Shown: piece by piece, positions 32,507-42,885 of the stretch | How the letters are laid out: each line of letters starts with the position of its first letter | Numbering within the stretch: the stretch's first letter is position 1 | DNA from: Candidatus Multivorans sp. | Lineage (GTDB): Bacteria; Acidobacteriota; Thermoanaerobaculia; Multivoradales; Multivoraceae | DNA: 64,000 nt | Assembly (NCBI GenBank): GCA_965247095.1 | Contig: OZ251997.1 | Span: forward strand, 3,104,001-3,168,000 | Direction: 5' to 3' | Notes under the pieces: generated by a model | Told to the model about the DNA's origin: nothing | Databases searched by the model: none | Seen by the model: only the letters and a program-made list of their open reading frames with translations | Translations under genes and position numbers: made by a program

Positions 32507-33782
32507 CAGTGCTGTCCCACAAACTTCAGCGCAGTGCGAGTTGAGTCTGTGCGTTTCTGGGATCAGGGGGTCCGCTCCGGGGTTCGAACAGGTCCAGGAG
32601 CGGTCTTCGCGCGAACAGGTTGAGTTGCAGGAGGCGCAGGATTTCGCTCATGGTCCAGGACATCTTGTTGACGAACTTCAGGTAGGCGAGCAGGAGATGC
32701 ACGCACATGGCGATCCAGATCTGGGTCATGACGGCATTGCGCGAAGTGCCGACGAAGCTCTTGATGCGCAGGTTCTGCTTGATCCACTTGAAGAAGGTCT
32801 CGATCTGCCAACGCTGCTTGTAGATGGCCGCGATGGTCTTCGGAGCGAGCCTGAAGTTGTTGGTGAGGAACGCGTAGAACTTCTTCGTGTCGGGGTCGCG
32901 ATAGCCGACTCGACGCAGCGGAATCGGACACCGGGCGCGGCCTCTGACGCTGGTCAACTCGATGATCTGGTCCGAGGTCACGCCCGTCCCAGGCGCGAAC
33001 GACCGCCGCTCTCGAACCGCGTACTTGATCTTGCGCTTCAGCCGAGTGACCAGGAAAACCCCTTGTGCATCAAGGGATTTCAGCCACTCGAAGTCGAGGT
33101 ACAGCCGGTCCGCAGCGACGATGCTTCCCTTCGGCAGACGAAGGGACCGCGCCACCTCAACGTCCGACCCCTTGCCGTCCGTGACTTGCAGGAACGCCGG
33201 CAGAAAGCCTTCGTGGTCCAGCCCCACGTGGAGCTTCAGCGCCCCCTTCGTCGTGCGGTACTGCGCCCACGGAAACAGCTCCAGGCACAGGTCCACGTAC
33301 GTCGCATCCAGCGAGAACAGCTTGTTGTGGAACCGGAACCCGTGCCCCGGCGCCGTCGTACGGCATCGCGCCAGCAAACGACCGAACAACGCCTCGTAGA
33401 GACCGGAGGGCTGCTTCTCGTTGACGCGCGCCAGCGACGACCGGGCCACCCGGCCCACGCCAAGGTGGTAGAGCTTGTGAGCCTGCGCGTCCAGGTTCGA
33501 CACGATGTCGCGCAGGCTGCACCGCCCGGAAAGCTGGGCCGTCGCCATCGCTACGAACTGGCTCCAGCGGCTCATCGAGCGCAGCTTGCGTCCCCTGTGG
33601 TGCCTTCCCGCCTCCCGCTCGAACTCATGTCTCGACACCAGCTTGAGGAACTGACCGAGTACGGTACCATTGTGCGCCATGGGTCTGGATCTCCTTGCCG
33701 TCATTGGCTTTGTGTGAAAACCAATCATACGACAGGGCACGATTCAGACCCATCCTGACCCTCCGTTTGTGGGACAGCACTG
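32507..33782 (-). mobile_element. IS4-family element (inner, nested copy)
   Basis: Perfect 18-bp IRs CAGTGCTGTCCCACAAAC / GTTTGTGGGACAGCACTG; 9-bp target duplication GTTCAGACC at 32498-32506 and 33783-33791. Confidence 0.92.
32526..33680 (-). CDS. IS4-family transposase (copy 2, diverged isoform)
   Basis: Same length and motifs as copy 1 (YKQRWQIETFFKWIKQNL) with many substitutions. Confidence 0.93.
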   Translation of the reverse strand: MAHNGTVLGQFLKLVSRHEFEREAGRHHRGRKLRSMSRWSQFVAMATAQLSGRCSLRDIVSNLDAQAHKLYHLGVGRVARSSLARVNEKQPSGLYEALFGRLLARCRTTAPGHGFRFHNKLFSLDATYVDLCLELFPWAQYRTTKGALKLHVGLDHEGFLPAFLQVTDGKGSDVEVARSLRLPKGSIVAADRLYLDFEWLKSLDAQGVFLVTRLKRKIKYAVRERRSFAPGTGVTSDQIIELTSVRGRARCPIPLRRVGYRDPDTKKFYAFLTNNFRLAPKTIAAIYKQRWQIETFFKWIKQNLRIKSFVGTSRNAVMTQIWIAMCVHLLLAYLKFVNKMSWTMSEILRLLQLNLFARRPLLDLFEPRSGPPDPRNAQTQLALR

Positions 33783-33823
33783 GTTCAGACCCATCCTTCC
33801 TCCCCGTTTGTGGGACAGCACTG

Positions 33824-34316
33824 AGTTTTCGTGGTGCCGGTCCGTGTTGCCAACCACCGCATCCAGGAGTAGGTATACAGCAAACAGCCGCTTCGTCGTC
33901 TGCAGGTCGCTCGCAGTCAGACGACTCAATAGACCGAGACACTCCCAAATGTTCGCCAGCGTGTGCCGCTTGTAACGAAACCCCGCACACGGATTGTAAG
34001 AGTCCACCGCGATCTCCATTAGCTGGTTGCCATGAACCAGCACCGTTCCAGGCGTCATGAAGGACCTAACGGCCACGCCCCTCTGCCCTTGAAACACGGC
34101 TAAGTCGGCCGTGGCGTGAAGGATTCCCAATGCTGCCGCAACTTCCGCAGCGATCTTCTCGGCCCAATGCTCGCCCGTGCCCTCTCGGGGATACTTGAAC
34201 AGCCACTCGACCTTGGTGCTCGGATCGCGATACCAAAACTTTCTCTTGGTTCCCATGCCCTCCTCGTCCAATACCCAAGCGGGCAGGACGGTGACCACGG
34301 GATAGGGGTCAGCCAT
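33824..34316 (-). pseudogene. HipA-like/CtkA-type kinase truncated by the IS
   Basis: GTKRKFWY, WLFKYPREGTGEHWAEKIAAE, LLDAVVGNTDRHHEN, then the IS inverted repeat. Confidence 0.8.
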
Positions 34317-36537
34317 TGTCTTCCACGACGACTCGCCGCGCAGCAGTACCCTGGCTGCCCAGCAGCGGCACCCGCTCCACCCCGCCGGAGGGCTCGAAGC
34401 CGAGGATCTGGCCGTAGAAGCTGAGTTCGGCTTCGAGGGCGCGGACGATGTTCTCGGCGCGGCGGAAGCCGTGCTGCTCGCCCGCAAAGAGGAGGTAGGC
34501 GACGGGGACGCCCTTGGCGCGCAGCGCCTCGACCATGGACTCGGCCTGGTTCGGCGGCACGATCCGGTCTTCCGCGCCCTGGAAGAAGATGACCGGGCAG
34601 GAGAAGCCGTCGCGGGTGCTGAGCGGCGAGCGCTCTTCGTAGAGATCGCTCCGCTCAGGGTACGGGCCGACCAGGCGGTCGAGGTAGCGCGACTCGAACT
34701 TGTGGGTGTCGCGGGCGAGGGCCGCGAGGTCGGCGACGCCGTAGTGGCTGGCGCCGGCGGCGAAGGTGTCCCGGAACGCGAGCGCGGCGAGGGTGGTGTA
34801 GCCGCCGGCGCTGCCGCCGCGGATCACGAGCTTCTGCTCGTCGACCTCGCCGCGGGCGGCTAGCCACTCGGCGGCGGCGGCGCAGTCCTCGACGTCGACG
34901 ATCCCCCAGCGGTCGCGCAGGGACTCGCGGTAGGCGCGGCCGTGGCCGGTGCTGCCGCCGTAGTTCACGTCGACCACCGCGAAGCCGCGCGAGGTCCAGT
35001 ACTGCACGCCGGGGTCGTAGGCATGCTCGGCGGCGGAGGTGGGGCCGCCGTGGCTCTTGACGATCAGGGGCGGCTTGGCGCCGGCCGGGGCCTGCTCGTC
35101 GTCGTTCTTCGGCGGGTAGAAGAAGGCGAAGGCGCGGCGGCCGCCGGCGGACGGGAAGTCGATCGGGCGGCCGGCCGAGAGGTAGCGGGGGTCCGGGGCC
35201 GGGCCGGTGGTGGCGAGGACTTCGAGTTCGGGGGCTTCGGGGTTGGTGGAGCGGGCGGCGGAGTCGGCGGCGGCGCCGGCCGCGCTGCCCGGCAGGCGGA
35301 GCCGGACGAGCTCGGCGTGCCGGTCCGGCGCGGCGCCGAGGAAGACGGCGGCGTTAGTGGGTGCGGCGCCTGCCCGCAGCCAGGAGATCGAGGTGTAGGG
35401 GGTGGGGATGGGGACGGGCGGAGGCGCGGCGTCGGTGGCGCCGGCGGGGAGGAAGAGGAGGCGCCAGGCGCCCTGGTCGCAGCAGGCGGCGACGATGCCC
35501 GAGGCGGTGTGGGCGTAGGTGGACATGCCGAAGAGCCAGGGGGGCATGCCGAACTCGGAGTCCCGGGGGTGGAGGGGGTGGATTCGAGGCGGAGGCCGGC
35601 GCTGCGCGCCGCATGCGGGCAGGATGCCCGCGTTCCCAGGGGCGGAGGATGCAGAGGCGGCGGTCCAGGCGGGGTCCAGGCGGTAGAGGTTCCACCAGCC
35701 GCTGCGGTCGGAGACGAAGGTGAGCCGGCCATGGGCGTCGAAGCCGGGTTGCTGGACCGCCTCGGGCGCGGCGGCGTCGCCGCCGGCGACGAGGCGTGGG
35801 GCAACCGGCAGCCCGCTCTCGTCGAGGTCGGCGAGCCGGAGCTCGGTGGCGTCCCAGGGCATGTCGGGGTGGTTCCAGCTCAGCCAGGCGAGCTTCGAGC
35901 CGTCGGGCGAGAGCCGGGGACTGCTGTAGAAATCGGCGCCCGAGACGAGTTCGGTGGGCGGCTGCGGGGCGGTGGACCGGTCGGGCTCGGGCGAGTCGGG
36001 TGCGGGCAGAGGAATCGCGACCAGGGCGGCGATCTCCTCGCCGCCCGCGGGGTCGGGACGCTCCTGGACGGCGATCAGGCGGCGGCGGTGCGGGTCGGGA
36101 GTGAGGTCGGCGTAGTGGGCGCCGTCGGCCGGGGTCAGGGGGATCGGCGGGCCGGCGCCTGCCACGAAGTAGACGCGCTGGTCCTGGAAGTTGACGAAGG
36201 CGTGGGGGAACTCGCGCGCGCCGCTTCGCGGCAGCGCGCCTGGTGCGGGCGAGACGCCCGCGTTCCCAGGGCAGAAGCAGAAGGCGCCGCCGCCGTACTC
36301 GTGGACGCGGCTGCGGACGTCGTAGCCGGCCTGCGTCAGTGTTTCGGTGGCGCCGTTCGGCCGGCGGCAGACGAGCACGTTGCGCCCGCCTTCGTCGGGG
36401 CGCCGCTCGATCCAGCAGACGCAGTCGCCGGCCGCGGCGATGTCGTCGATGCGGCGTGCTCCCTCGGCGACGCCGCGGGCCGAGATCGGCGACGTCCAGG
36501 CGCCGTAGGGGGTCGGCTCGCGGTGGCTCGGCCCCAC
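34309..36537 (-). CDS. S9 prolyl oligopeptidase / acylaminoacyl peptidase
   Basis: PYGAWTSPIS, RSRVHEYGGGA, HPDMPWD, HGGPTS, GGSAGGY, FQGAEDRIVPP, GEQHGFR. GTG start overlaps the upstream TAG. Confidence 0.9.
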   Translation of the reverse strand: MGPSHREPTPYGAWTSPISARGVAEGARRIDDIAAAGDCVCWIERRPDEGGRNVLVCRRPNGATETLTQAGYDVRSRVHEYGGGAFCFCPGNAGVSPAPGALPRSGAREFPHAFVNFQDQRVYFVAGAGPPIPLTPADGAHYADLTPDPHRRRLIAVQERPDPAGGEEIAALVAIPLPAPDSPEPDRSTAPQPPTELVSGADFYSSPRLSPDGSKLAWLSWNHPDMPWDATELRLADLDESGLPVAPRLVAGGDAAAPEAVQQPGFDAHGRLTFVSDRSGWWNLYRLDPAWTAASASSAPGNAGILPACGAQRRPPPRIHPLHPRDSEFGMPPWLFGMSTYAHTASGIVAACCDQGAWRLLFLPAGATDAAPPPVPIPTPYTSISWLRAGAAPTNAAVFLGAAPDRHAELVRLRLPGSAAGAAADSAARSTNPEAPELEVLATTGPAPDPRYLSAGRPIDFPSAGGRRAFAFFYPPKNDDEQAPAGAKPPLIVKSHGGPTSAAEHAYDPGVQYWTSRGFAVVDVNYGGSTGHGRAYRESLRDRWGIVDVEDCAAAAEWLAARGEVDEQKLVIRGGSAGGYTTLAALAFRDTFAAGASHYGVADLAALARDTHKFESRYLDRLVGPYPERSDLYEERSPLSTRDGFSCPVIFFQGAEDRIVPPNQAESMVEALRAKGVPVAYLLFAGEQHGFRRAENIVRALEAELSFYGQILGFEPSGGVERVPLLGSQGTAARRVVVEDNG
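35614..35640 (+). repeat. REP-like palindrome copy inside the S9 peptidase
   Basis: TGCGGGCAGGATGCCCGCGTTCCCAGG (encodes PGNAGILPA on the minus strand). Confidence 0.8.
36244..36270 (+). repeat. REP-like palindrome copy inside the S9 peptidase
   Basis: TGCGGGCGAGACGCCCGCGTTCCCAGG (encodes PGNAGVSPA). Confidence 0.85.
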
Positions 36538-38267
36538 TACTTCGGGCCGATGGCCCCGCTCGAGGACAGGATCGCGCCGGTGAGCGGGTCGTAGACGGCG
36601 ATGACGAAGGTGTGCTCCCGGCGGCGGAGTTGGAGGGATGTCTGGTAGGTGAAGTACTGGCCCGGCTGCGGTTCCTGGTTGCCGGCGATGCGGATCTTCT
36701 CCACCGGCGTTTCCGAGCGGCTGCCGTTCTCGTCCATCACCGTGACGCGGAACTCCAGCTCGTTCTGCCACACGCCGGCTACCGGAAGGAGCGCCACTTC
36801 GTCGAGCGGGATCGCGACCTCGACCGGCACAAGCATCTTCCCGCGTCCCCCGCGCTGCGGTTTGCCGAAGCGCACGCCGAGCGGTTTGGCGCTGGGCGGA
36901 TTGCCGAACAGCAGAGAGCCCTCGACCATCATCGTGACCTCGGCGCCGCGCGACATGTCCACATAGCCCTCGCGCGAGCGCACCCTGTACTCCGGGTAAC
37001 CCACCAGCCGCACGTCGATGTCGTGGACCTCGTCGTCCTCGCGCCGCTGCGGCTCGAAGCCGAGCCAGTAGTAGGAGCGGGTGTCCGCCACCACGTCGGC
37101 GAGCGCCGTGTCGCGTCGAGAGTTGATCATCGGCACGCCGCCGGTTGCGTGGGCCAGCAGTTGGAGGGTGCTGTGCTGGAGCAGCTCCCGTTCCTGGAAC
37201 GCGCCGGCGCCCCGGGACGGGTCGCCCGCTGAGTTGCCGTCGATTCCCGCCGACGCACCCAGGGAGAACTGCGGGCGGAATCCCGGCACGTCGACCGGGT
37301 AGAGGGTGTAGCCGATCAGGTTCGCGGCGGAGACGAGGGGGCCGTAGAGGTCGTCCTGGCTCATGAGCCGGGAGTCGGACGAGGCGCCGAGGCTCGCGGC
37401 GACTATGCCGCGATCGGCGATCGTGTAGAGCGCCGGCGATTCGGGCCAGCCGCCCGCAAGCAGGAGCATGACCTTGCGCCCCGGGCGGTTGGCGAAGCTG
37501 CGCAGGGTCGCCACGGCCGCGAGCACGGAGCGCTCCAACTGGCTCTCCAGGTTCGTCGCGTAGCGCAGCTCGGTGCCGCGCAGGCTGTTGCGCAGCACGT
37601 CCTCGGGCAGTTGGACGCCGCCCTCCTCGGCGAACCGGTTGGCGATCGCACGCAGGTTCGCCTGCTCAGTCCGTTCCTGGTCACTCGTGCGCAGCTCGCC
37701 GATGCGCATCAGGCCGAACGTCTTGCGGCGGCGGGCCTGCCGCAGCGCTTCCGACAACTGGCTCGGCGAGTTGGTCCAGGTGGTGAGCATGGCGACCGAC
37801 TTGCCGTCGAAGGCGACGGCCGCCACCCGGTCGGCCGGCCCAAGCTGCGTCAGATCGTCCTCCAGGCGATCGAGCACACGGTCCCGGTCGCGGCCGATGG
37901 AGAAGAAGTCGTCGATGAAGAGGAGGAAGCTCGTGCCCACCGGCGCGTTCGGGTCCAGGTTCGGCACGCCGGCGATGTCGGCGCCCGCCGTCTCCCTGGC
38001 CAGACCCTCCTCGATCTCCGTGAAGTAGTTGATCGGCGTCGGCTCGCCGTCGACCAGGAGTTCGAAGTCCGACGCCTTCAAACCGTGGATGCGGTTGCCC
38101 TGCTTGTCGGTGACCACGACCTCGATGTTCACGACCCGGACGTCGATCACCTCCGAGAACACGGCCGGGAGGTCGTCCTGCTGGGCCGGGACCGGGGCCG
38201 CGGCCGCAAGCAGCACCAGCGCGGCGACAATCCAGGGCACGTCGAATGTTCGTCTGGGCTTCGTCAT
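36537..38267 (-). CDS. Secreted VWA-domain protein (VWFA-related acidobacterial family)
   Basis: Signal peptide, FSEVIDVRVVNIEVVVTDKQGNRIHGL..DFEL, PGRKVMLLLAGG, LAHATGG, SYYWLGF, VRSREGY. Confidence 0.85.
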   Translation of the reverse strand: MTKPRRTFDVPWIVAALVLLAAAAPVPAQQDDLPAVFSEVIDVRVVNIEVVVTDKQGNRIHGLKASDFELLVDGEPTPINYFTEIEEGLARETAGADIAGVPNLDPNAPVGTSFLLFIDDFFSIGRDRDRVLDRLEDDLTQLGPADRVAAVAFDGKSVAMLTTWTNSPSQLSEALRQARRRKTFGLMRIGELRTSDQERTEQANLRAIANRFAEEGGVQLPEDVLRNSLRGTELRYATNLESQLERSVLAAVATLRSFANRPGRKVMLLLAGGWPESPALYTIADRGIVAASLGASSDSRLMSQDDLYGPLVSAANLIGYTLYPVDVPGFRPQFSLGASAGIDGNSAGDPSRGAGAFQERELLQHSTLQLLAHATGGVPMINSRRDTALADVVADTRSYYWLGFEPQRREDDEVHDIDVRLVGYPEYRVRSREGYVDMSRGAEVTMMVEGSLLFGNPPSAKPLGVRFGKPQRGGRGKMLVPVEVAIPLDEVALLPVAGVWQNELEFRVTVMDENGSRSETPVEKIRIAGNQEPQPGQYFTYQTSLQLRRREHTFVIAVYDPLTGAILSSSGAIGPK

Positions 38268-38458
38268 GGTCTCGGTTTCCAACTTGGTTACTTCTGGTTA
38301 GGTCAGCGGGGGAAGAAGACTATACGGACACGGCCATTGCCGGTGGCAAGGCCTGCTCGGGAGAACCCCGCCGGGCATGGCTCCATTCCGTCTCGGGGGT
38401 GGTCGGGGGTGGTCTGCAATCCTCGACTGCAACTGGAGCCTCGTGCCAACATCGGCAC

Positions 38459-39565
38459 ATGAAGGCCGGCGACATCATCTCGCGGTTCCGGGTCCACGGT
38501 GCGCTTCCCGGCCTGCCGGGCGAGCTGCCGTTGCCGCTGTACCGCGCCCAGGACATCGGCGCCCGGTCGTGGGTGCTGGTTCAGCGCTTCCCCGAGGATG
38601 CGCCGCACGCGGAGGTGGAAGCCGCCGCGGAACGCGCGGAGGCGCTGGCCGCGGCCAAGGGTGAAGAGGGACACGGCTTCCCGCGCCTGGTCGATCGGTC
38701 GTTCGATCCGCCGGCGCTCCTCGCCTGGTCCCTGGGCGGAGGCGAGACGATCCGCCAGCGACTCCAGCGCTCTCCGCTCAGCCCCGAGCAGGCCGCCGAC
38801 ACCGGCCTAGCGCTCGCCCGTGCACTGCGCGATGTGCACCGGGCCGGCGTGGTTCACGGCGGCCTGCGTCCGGCGAACGTCCAACTGCAGGACGGCGGCA
38901 GGCTCGGCCTGCTGGCGCCGTCGAGCCTGGGGCCGGTGACGCTGGCGGTGGCCAGCGAAGCCGCCGAATCGCCGAGCCTGTGGACCGCGGCCTACCTTTC
39001 GCCCGAGCAGATCGACGGGGCGGAGGCGGCGATCACCGGCGCCCCGGTGCAGTTCACGACCGCGGACGACGTGTGGACGTTGGGCGTGGTGCTCTATGAA
39101 CTTGCCACGGGGGAATTACCCTTCCTTGCCAACACCTACGCCGCGATGAGACGCGCCGTCGCCGTCCAGCCCGTGGACCTGGCCGCCACCCTTCCGGGCA
39201 GCGCGCCCGAGGCCTTCGAGGCGGTGTTCGCTGCCGCCCTCGACCGGGACGCGGACCGTCGCCGGGCCGCACTGGACGACGTGATCGGCCGGCTGCGCCA
39301 GGTCAAGGACGAGCTCTTCCCGCGCGTTCGGCCGGCGGTCGACAGCGTGGCCCGTACGCACGCACGCAAGACGGCAGCCGCCACCGATCGTTCCGCCGCC
39401 AGCCCGGCCGACCCCGAGTGGCAATCCGCGATCTCGCGGATCAGAGACCGACGCCGCCGCCTCGCCCGCGAGCGCGCGGCCCCGGCACTGTGGCGCGTGC
39501 TGACCGGTCCGCTGCTGGCGCTGCTGTTGACCGCTGCGGCGGTAGCAGCGTGGCTTTTGCTCTGA
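38459..39565 (+). CDS. Ser/Thr kinase-like protein with degenerate catalytic motifs and C-terminal TM
   Basis: VVHGGLRPANV, AYLSPEQ, DDVWTLGVVLYELATGELPF; no Gly-loop or DFG. Confidence 0.75.
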   Translation: MKAGDIISRFRVHGALPGLPGELPLPLYRAQDIGARSWVLVQRFPEDAPHAEVEAAAERAEALAAAKGEEGHGFPRLVDRSFDPPALLAWSLGGGETIRQRLQRSPLSPEQAADTGLALARALRDVHRAGVVHGGLRPANVQLQDGGRLGLLAPSSLGPVTLAVASEAAESPSLWTAAYLSPEQIDGAEAAITGAPVQFTTADDVWTLGVVLYELATGELPFLANTYAAMRRAVAVQPVDLAATLPGSAPEAFEAVFAAALDRDADRRRAALDDVIGRLRQVKDELFPRVRPAVDSVARTHARKTAAATDRSAASPADPEWQSAISRIRDRRRRLARERAAPALWRVLTGPLLALLLTAAAVAAWLLL

Positions 39566-39597
39566 GCCGCGACGAATCGGCCCCCGACACCAAAACA

Positions 39598-39621
39598 AAA
39601 GCGGGCCCGGAGGCCCGCTTT
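39598..39621. terminator. Bidirectional intrinsic terminator between convergent genes
   Basis: AAAGCGGGCC-CGGA-GGCCCGCTTT with an A-run on the left. Confidence 0.8.
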
Positions 39622-39645
39622 CAGAGAAGTCGCTTGACGCGACGG

Positions 39646-39990
39646 TCAGGCGGCTTCGGCGGCGCTGACAGTCACGGTGACCGTGCCGTCGTCGGCCTTC
39701 ATGGCCTCGCCCGTGACCTTGGCGGCCTTGCCGCCGAGACCCTCGAGGGTCTTGATCGCATCGGCGTCGGAGCCGCCGCGGTCGATCTTGACGACATCGT
39801 CGCCGACCAGGAGACCCATGTCGTTGCCCTTCTCCAGGCAGGTCACGGCGCAGCCGGCATGACCGGCGCCCTTCTGACCGTCCCCGAAGCAGACCATGTC
39901 GAGGACCTCGCCGGTCCAGGTGTCACCAGCCAGCGCCGGGGCGCCGACCATCAACGAAAGAGCCAGAACCGCAAATAGTGCCTTCTTCAT
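39646..39990 (-). CDS. Small secreted Cys/His-motif protein
   Basis: GGAGG SD, signal peptide, GEVLDMVC...HAGCAVTCLEKG. Confidence 0.8.
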   Translation of the reverse strand: MKKALFAVLALSLMVGAPALAGDTWTGEVLDMVCFGDGQKGAGHAGCAVTCLEKGNDMGLLVGDDVVKIDRGGSDADAIKTLEGLGGKAAKVTGEAMKADDGTVTVTVSAAEAA

Positions 39991-40081
39991 GCCAAATCCT
40001 CCAGTTGCCTCTCGTTGTTTCGAGGCGGGGGGTAGTTGTCAGTTGTGCTGGACAGGCTAGCACAGCAGAGAGGGGGCAAGG

Positions 40082-40123
40082 GGCTCGGGCTCGCCGCTTC
40101 GCGGCATCGCGCTTGATGCGGGC
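40082..40123 (+). repeat. 42-bp dispersed repeat upstream of ilvD (1 mismatch to 43727-43768), part of the REP-like composite
   Basis: GGCTCGGGCTCGCCGCTTCGCGGCATCGC(G/A)CTTGATGCGGGC. Confidence 0.85.
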
Positions 40124-40188
40124 CGGAAGGCCGGCGCCGCTTTGAACGGCCAGCCGAGGCCCAGCCCCCTATGCCATAGTCCGCGGCC

Positions 40189-41865
40189 ATGATCCAGTTG
40201 AACCGCTATTCCGCTCGCATCACTCAGGACAAGTCCCAGGGGGCGTCGCAGGCGATGCTCTACGGGGCCGGCCTGACGCCCGAGGACATGGCGAAGCCGC
40301 AGGTCGGGATCGCCAGCGTCTGGTACGAGGGCAACACTTGCAACATGCACCTCCTGGAGCTCGCCGCGGCGGCCAAGGAGGGCGTCGACGGGACGGGTTG
40401 CCTGGGCCTGCGGTTCAACACGGTCGGGGTCTCGGACGGCATCTCGATGGGTACGGACGGGATGAGCTACTCGCTCCAGTCGCGGGATCTGATCGCCGAC
40501 TCGATCGAGACGGTGATGGCGGCGCAGTGGTACGACGCGAACATCTCGATCCCCGGCTGCGACAAGAACATGCCCGGCTGCATGATGGCGATCGCGCGGC
40601 TCGACCGCCCGTCGCTCGTGATCTACGGCGGCACGATCCGGTCCGGCGAGTTTCGCGGCGCCAAGATCGACATCATCTCCGCCTTTCAGAGCTACGGCGA
40701 GGCGATCAGCGGCGCCCTGAGCGAGGAGGACCGCCAACGAATCGTCCGCCGCGCCTGCCCCGGCGCCGGCGCCTGCGGCGGCATGTACACCGCGAACACG
40801 ATGGCGGCGGCGATCGAGGCGCTCGGCATGTCCCTGCCCTACAGCTCGTCGACGCCCGCCGTAGCGGACGAGAAGCTGGAGGAATGCCGCCGCGCCGGCG
40901 CCGCGGTGAAGAACCTGCTCGAACGGGACATCCGGCCGAGCGCGATCATGACCCGCGCGGCGTTCGAGAACGCGATGGTGCTGATCACCGTGCTCGGCGG
41001 CTCGACGAACGCGGTTCTCCACCTGCTGGCGATCGCCCATTCGGCGTGCGTCGACCTTTCGATCGACGATTTCCAGAAGGTCAGCGACCGGATTCCCTTC
41101 CTGGCCGACCTGAAGCCATCGGGCCGTTACCTGATGGAGGACCTGCACGATGTCGGCGGCACCCCGGCCGTGCTGCGGATGCTGCTCGACCGGGGGCTGA
41201 TCGACGGCGACTGCCTGACCGTCACCGGCCGCACGCTGGCCGAGAACCTGGCCTCGCTGCCGGATCTCGCCGCGGGGCAGGATGTCGTGCTGCCCTTCGA
41301 CGAACCGATCAAGTCCACCGGCCACCTCCAGATCCTGCGCGGCAACCTGGCCCCCGAGGGCGCGGTGGCGAAGATCACCGGCAAGGAGGGTGAGCAGTTC
41401 GCCGGTCCGGCCCAGGTCTACGACTCGGAGGAGGCGATGGTCGAGGCGCTCGAGCGCGGCGAGATCCGCGCCGGTTCGGTGATCGTCATCCGCTTCGAGG
41501 GCCCGAAGGGCGGTCCGGGCATGCCCGAGATGCTCAAGCCGACCTCGGCGCTGATGGGCGCCGGCCTCGGCGACCAGGTGGCGCTGGTCACCGACGGCCG
41601 CTTCTCGGGGGGCTCCCACGGCTTCCTGATCGGCCACGTGGCGCCCGAGGCCCAGGAGGGCGGCCCGCTCGCCCTGGTGAGCGACGGCGACCGGATCGAG
41701 ATCGACGGCGTGCGCAACACGATCGACGTGGCGCTCGACGAGGCCGAGCTGGAGGCCCGAAGGAAAGCCTGGGAGGCGCCGCCGCTCAAGGCGAAGCGGG
41801 GCACGCTGCACCGCTACATCAAGACCGTGAGTTCCGCGTCGACCGGCTGCATCACCGACGGCTGA
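40189..41865 (+). CDS. ilvD: Dihydroxy-acid dehydratase
   Basis: [55 protein letters not shown]. Confidence 0.97.
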   Translation: MIQLNRYSARITQDKSQGASQAMLYGAGLTPEDMAKPQVGIASVWYEGNTCNMHLLELAAAAKEGVDGTGCLGLRFNTVGVSDGISMGTDGMSYSLQSRDLIADSIETVMAAQWYDANISIPGCDKNMPGCMMAIARLDRPSLVIYGGTIRSGEFRGAKIDIISAFQSYGEAISGALSEEDRQRIVRRACPGAGACGGMYTANTMAAAIEALGMSLPYSSSTPAVADEKLEECRRAGAAVKNLLERDIRPSAIMTRAAFENAMVLITVLGGSTNAVLHLLAIAHSACVDLSIDDFQKVSDRIPFLADLKPSGRYLMEDLHDVGGTPAVLRMLLDRGLIDGDCLTVTGRTLAENLASLPDLAAGQDVVLPFDEPIKSTGHLQILRGNLAPEGAVAKITGKEGEQFAGPAQVYDSEEAMVEALERGEIRAGSVIVIRFEGPKGGPGMPEMLKPTSALMGAGLGDQVALVTDGRFSGGSHGFLIGHVAPEAQEGGPLALVSDGDRIEIDGVRNTIDVALDEAELEARRKAWEAPPLKAKRGTLHRYIKTVSSASTGCITDG

Positions 41866-42883
41866 GCCCCTCCGTGACGCCGATGGCGCTTTCGAACGGG
41901 TACTGGACCCCCATCCGCCGGCGGACCTCGTCCATCAGTTCGAGCAGGGCGATCGATTCGGCGTGGGGCAGCAAGGGGCTCTCGAGTGCGCCTTCGCCCA
42001 GGAGACGTTCGACCTCCAGGGCCTGGTACTCGTAACCGTTGGCGAGGAAGGCGAACTCAGCGGTCGCAGCGCGGCGGGCGCCGCGGTGGAGCACTGCGCG
42101 CTGGGCGCGCCAGAACCGGGGGATCTCGATGCGGCCTTCGGTGCCCTCGATCACGGCGGTGTGATCGGTGTGGCGGCTGACGGAGCTTTCGAGGTGCGCC
42201 TCGGCGCCGGAGGGGAACCGCAGGGTCATGTTGCAGTGCTGGTCGACACCTGTCGGTGCGAGTTCCGCCTCGACCTCGAGTTCCGGGGCTTCGGGGCCGA
42301 TCACCGCCTGGCCGAAGACGAGTGTGGCGAGCGAGAGGGTGTAGCAGCCGATGTCGAGCATACTGCCGCCCGCGAGTTCGGGGGCGTAGAGCCGGCTCTT
42401 CGGATCGAACGGGGCCTCGAAACCGAAGGAGCAGGCGAGGCGCCGGGGTTCGCCGATCGCGCCCTCGGCCAGCCAGCGCGCGACGTGGCGGGTCGCCGGC
42501 AGAAAGCGGCTCCACATGGCCTCCATGAGCAGAACGCCGTGCTCCCGGGCGATGCGGCACATCGCACGGGCCTCCGAGGCGTTAACGGTGAGCGGCTTCT
42601 CGCACAGGACCGCCTTGCTCTGCCGGAGCGCCAGCGCCGCGTGCTCCAGATGGCCGGGATGGGGCGTGGCGACGTAGACGGCATCGACCGCCTCGCTACG
42701 CGCGAGCTCGCGGTAGGTCCCCGCCTCGGCGGCGGCGTAACCGCGCTCGGCATTGAAGGCGCGGGCGCGATCCGGGTCGCGGCTGCCGGTGGCGGTCACG
42801 TCGTGACCGTCCAGCGCATCGATGGCGGTGGCGAAGGAGCGCGCGATGGCGCCGGGACCGAGGATGCCCCAACGAACGGCCAC
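41852..42883 (-). CDS. Gfo/Idh/MocA-family oxidoreductase
   Basis: [47 protein letters not shown]; GTG start at 42883. Confidence 0.9.
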   Translation of the reverse strand: MAVRWGILGPGAIARSFATAIDALDGHDVTATGSRDPDRARAFNAERGYAAAEAGTYRELARSEAVDAVYVATPHPGHLEHAALALRQSKAVLCEKPLTVNASEARAMCRIAREHGVLLMEAMWSRFLPATRHVARWLAEGAIGEPRRLACSFGFEAPFDPKSRLYAPELAGGSMLDIGCYTLSLATLVFGQAVIGPEAPELEVEAELAPTGVDQHCNMTLRFPSGAEAHLESSVSRHTDHTAVIEGTEGRIEIPRFWRAQRAVLHRGARRAATAEFAFLANGYEYQALEVERLLGEGALESPLLPHAESIALLELMDEVRRRMGVQYPFESAIGVTEGLSRR

Positions 42884-42885
42884 GG

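Larger units (their letters stand above)
31263..33823 (-). mobile_element. IS4-family element (outer copy), interrupted near its promoter-side end by a second IS4
   Basis: Inverted repeats CATTGCTGTCCCACAAAC (31263-31280) and GTTTGTGGGACAGCACTG (33806-33823); no flanking direct repeat. Confidence 0.88.
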
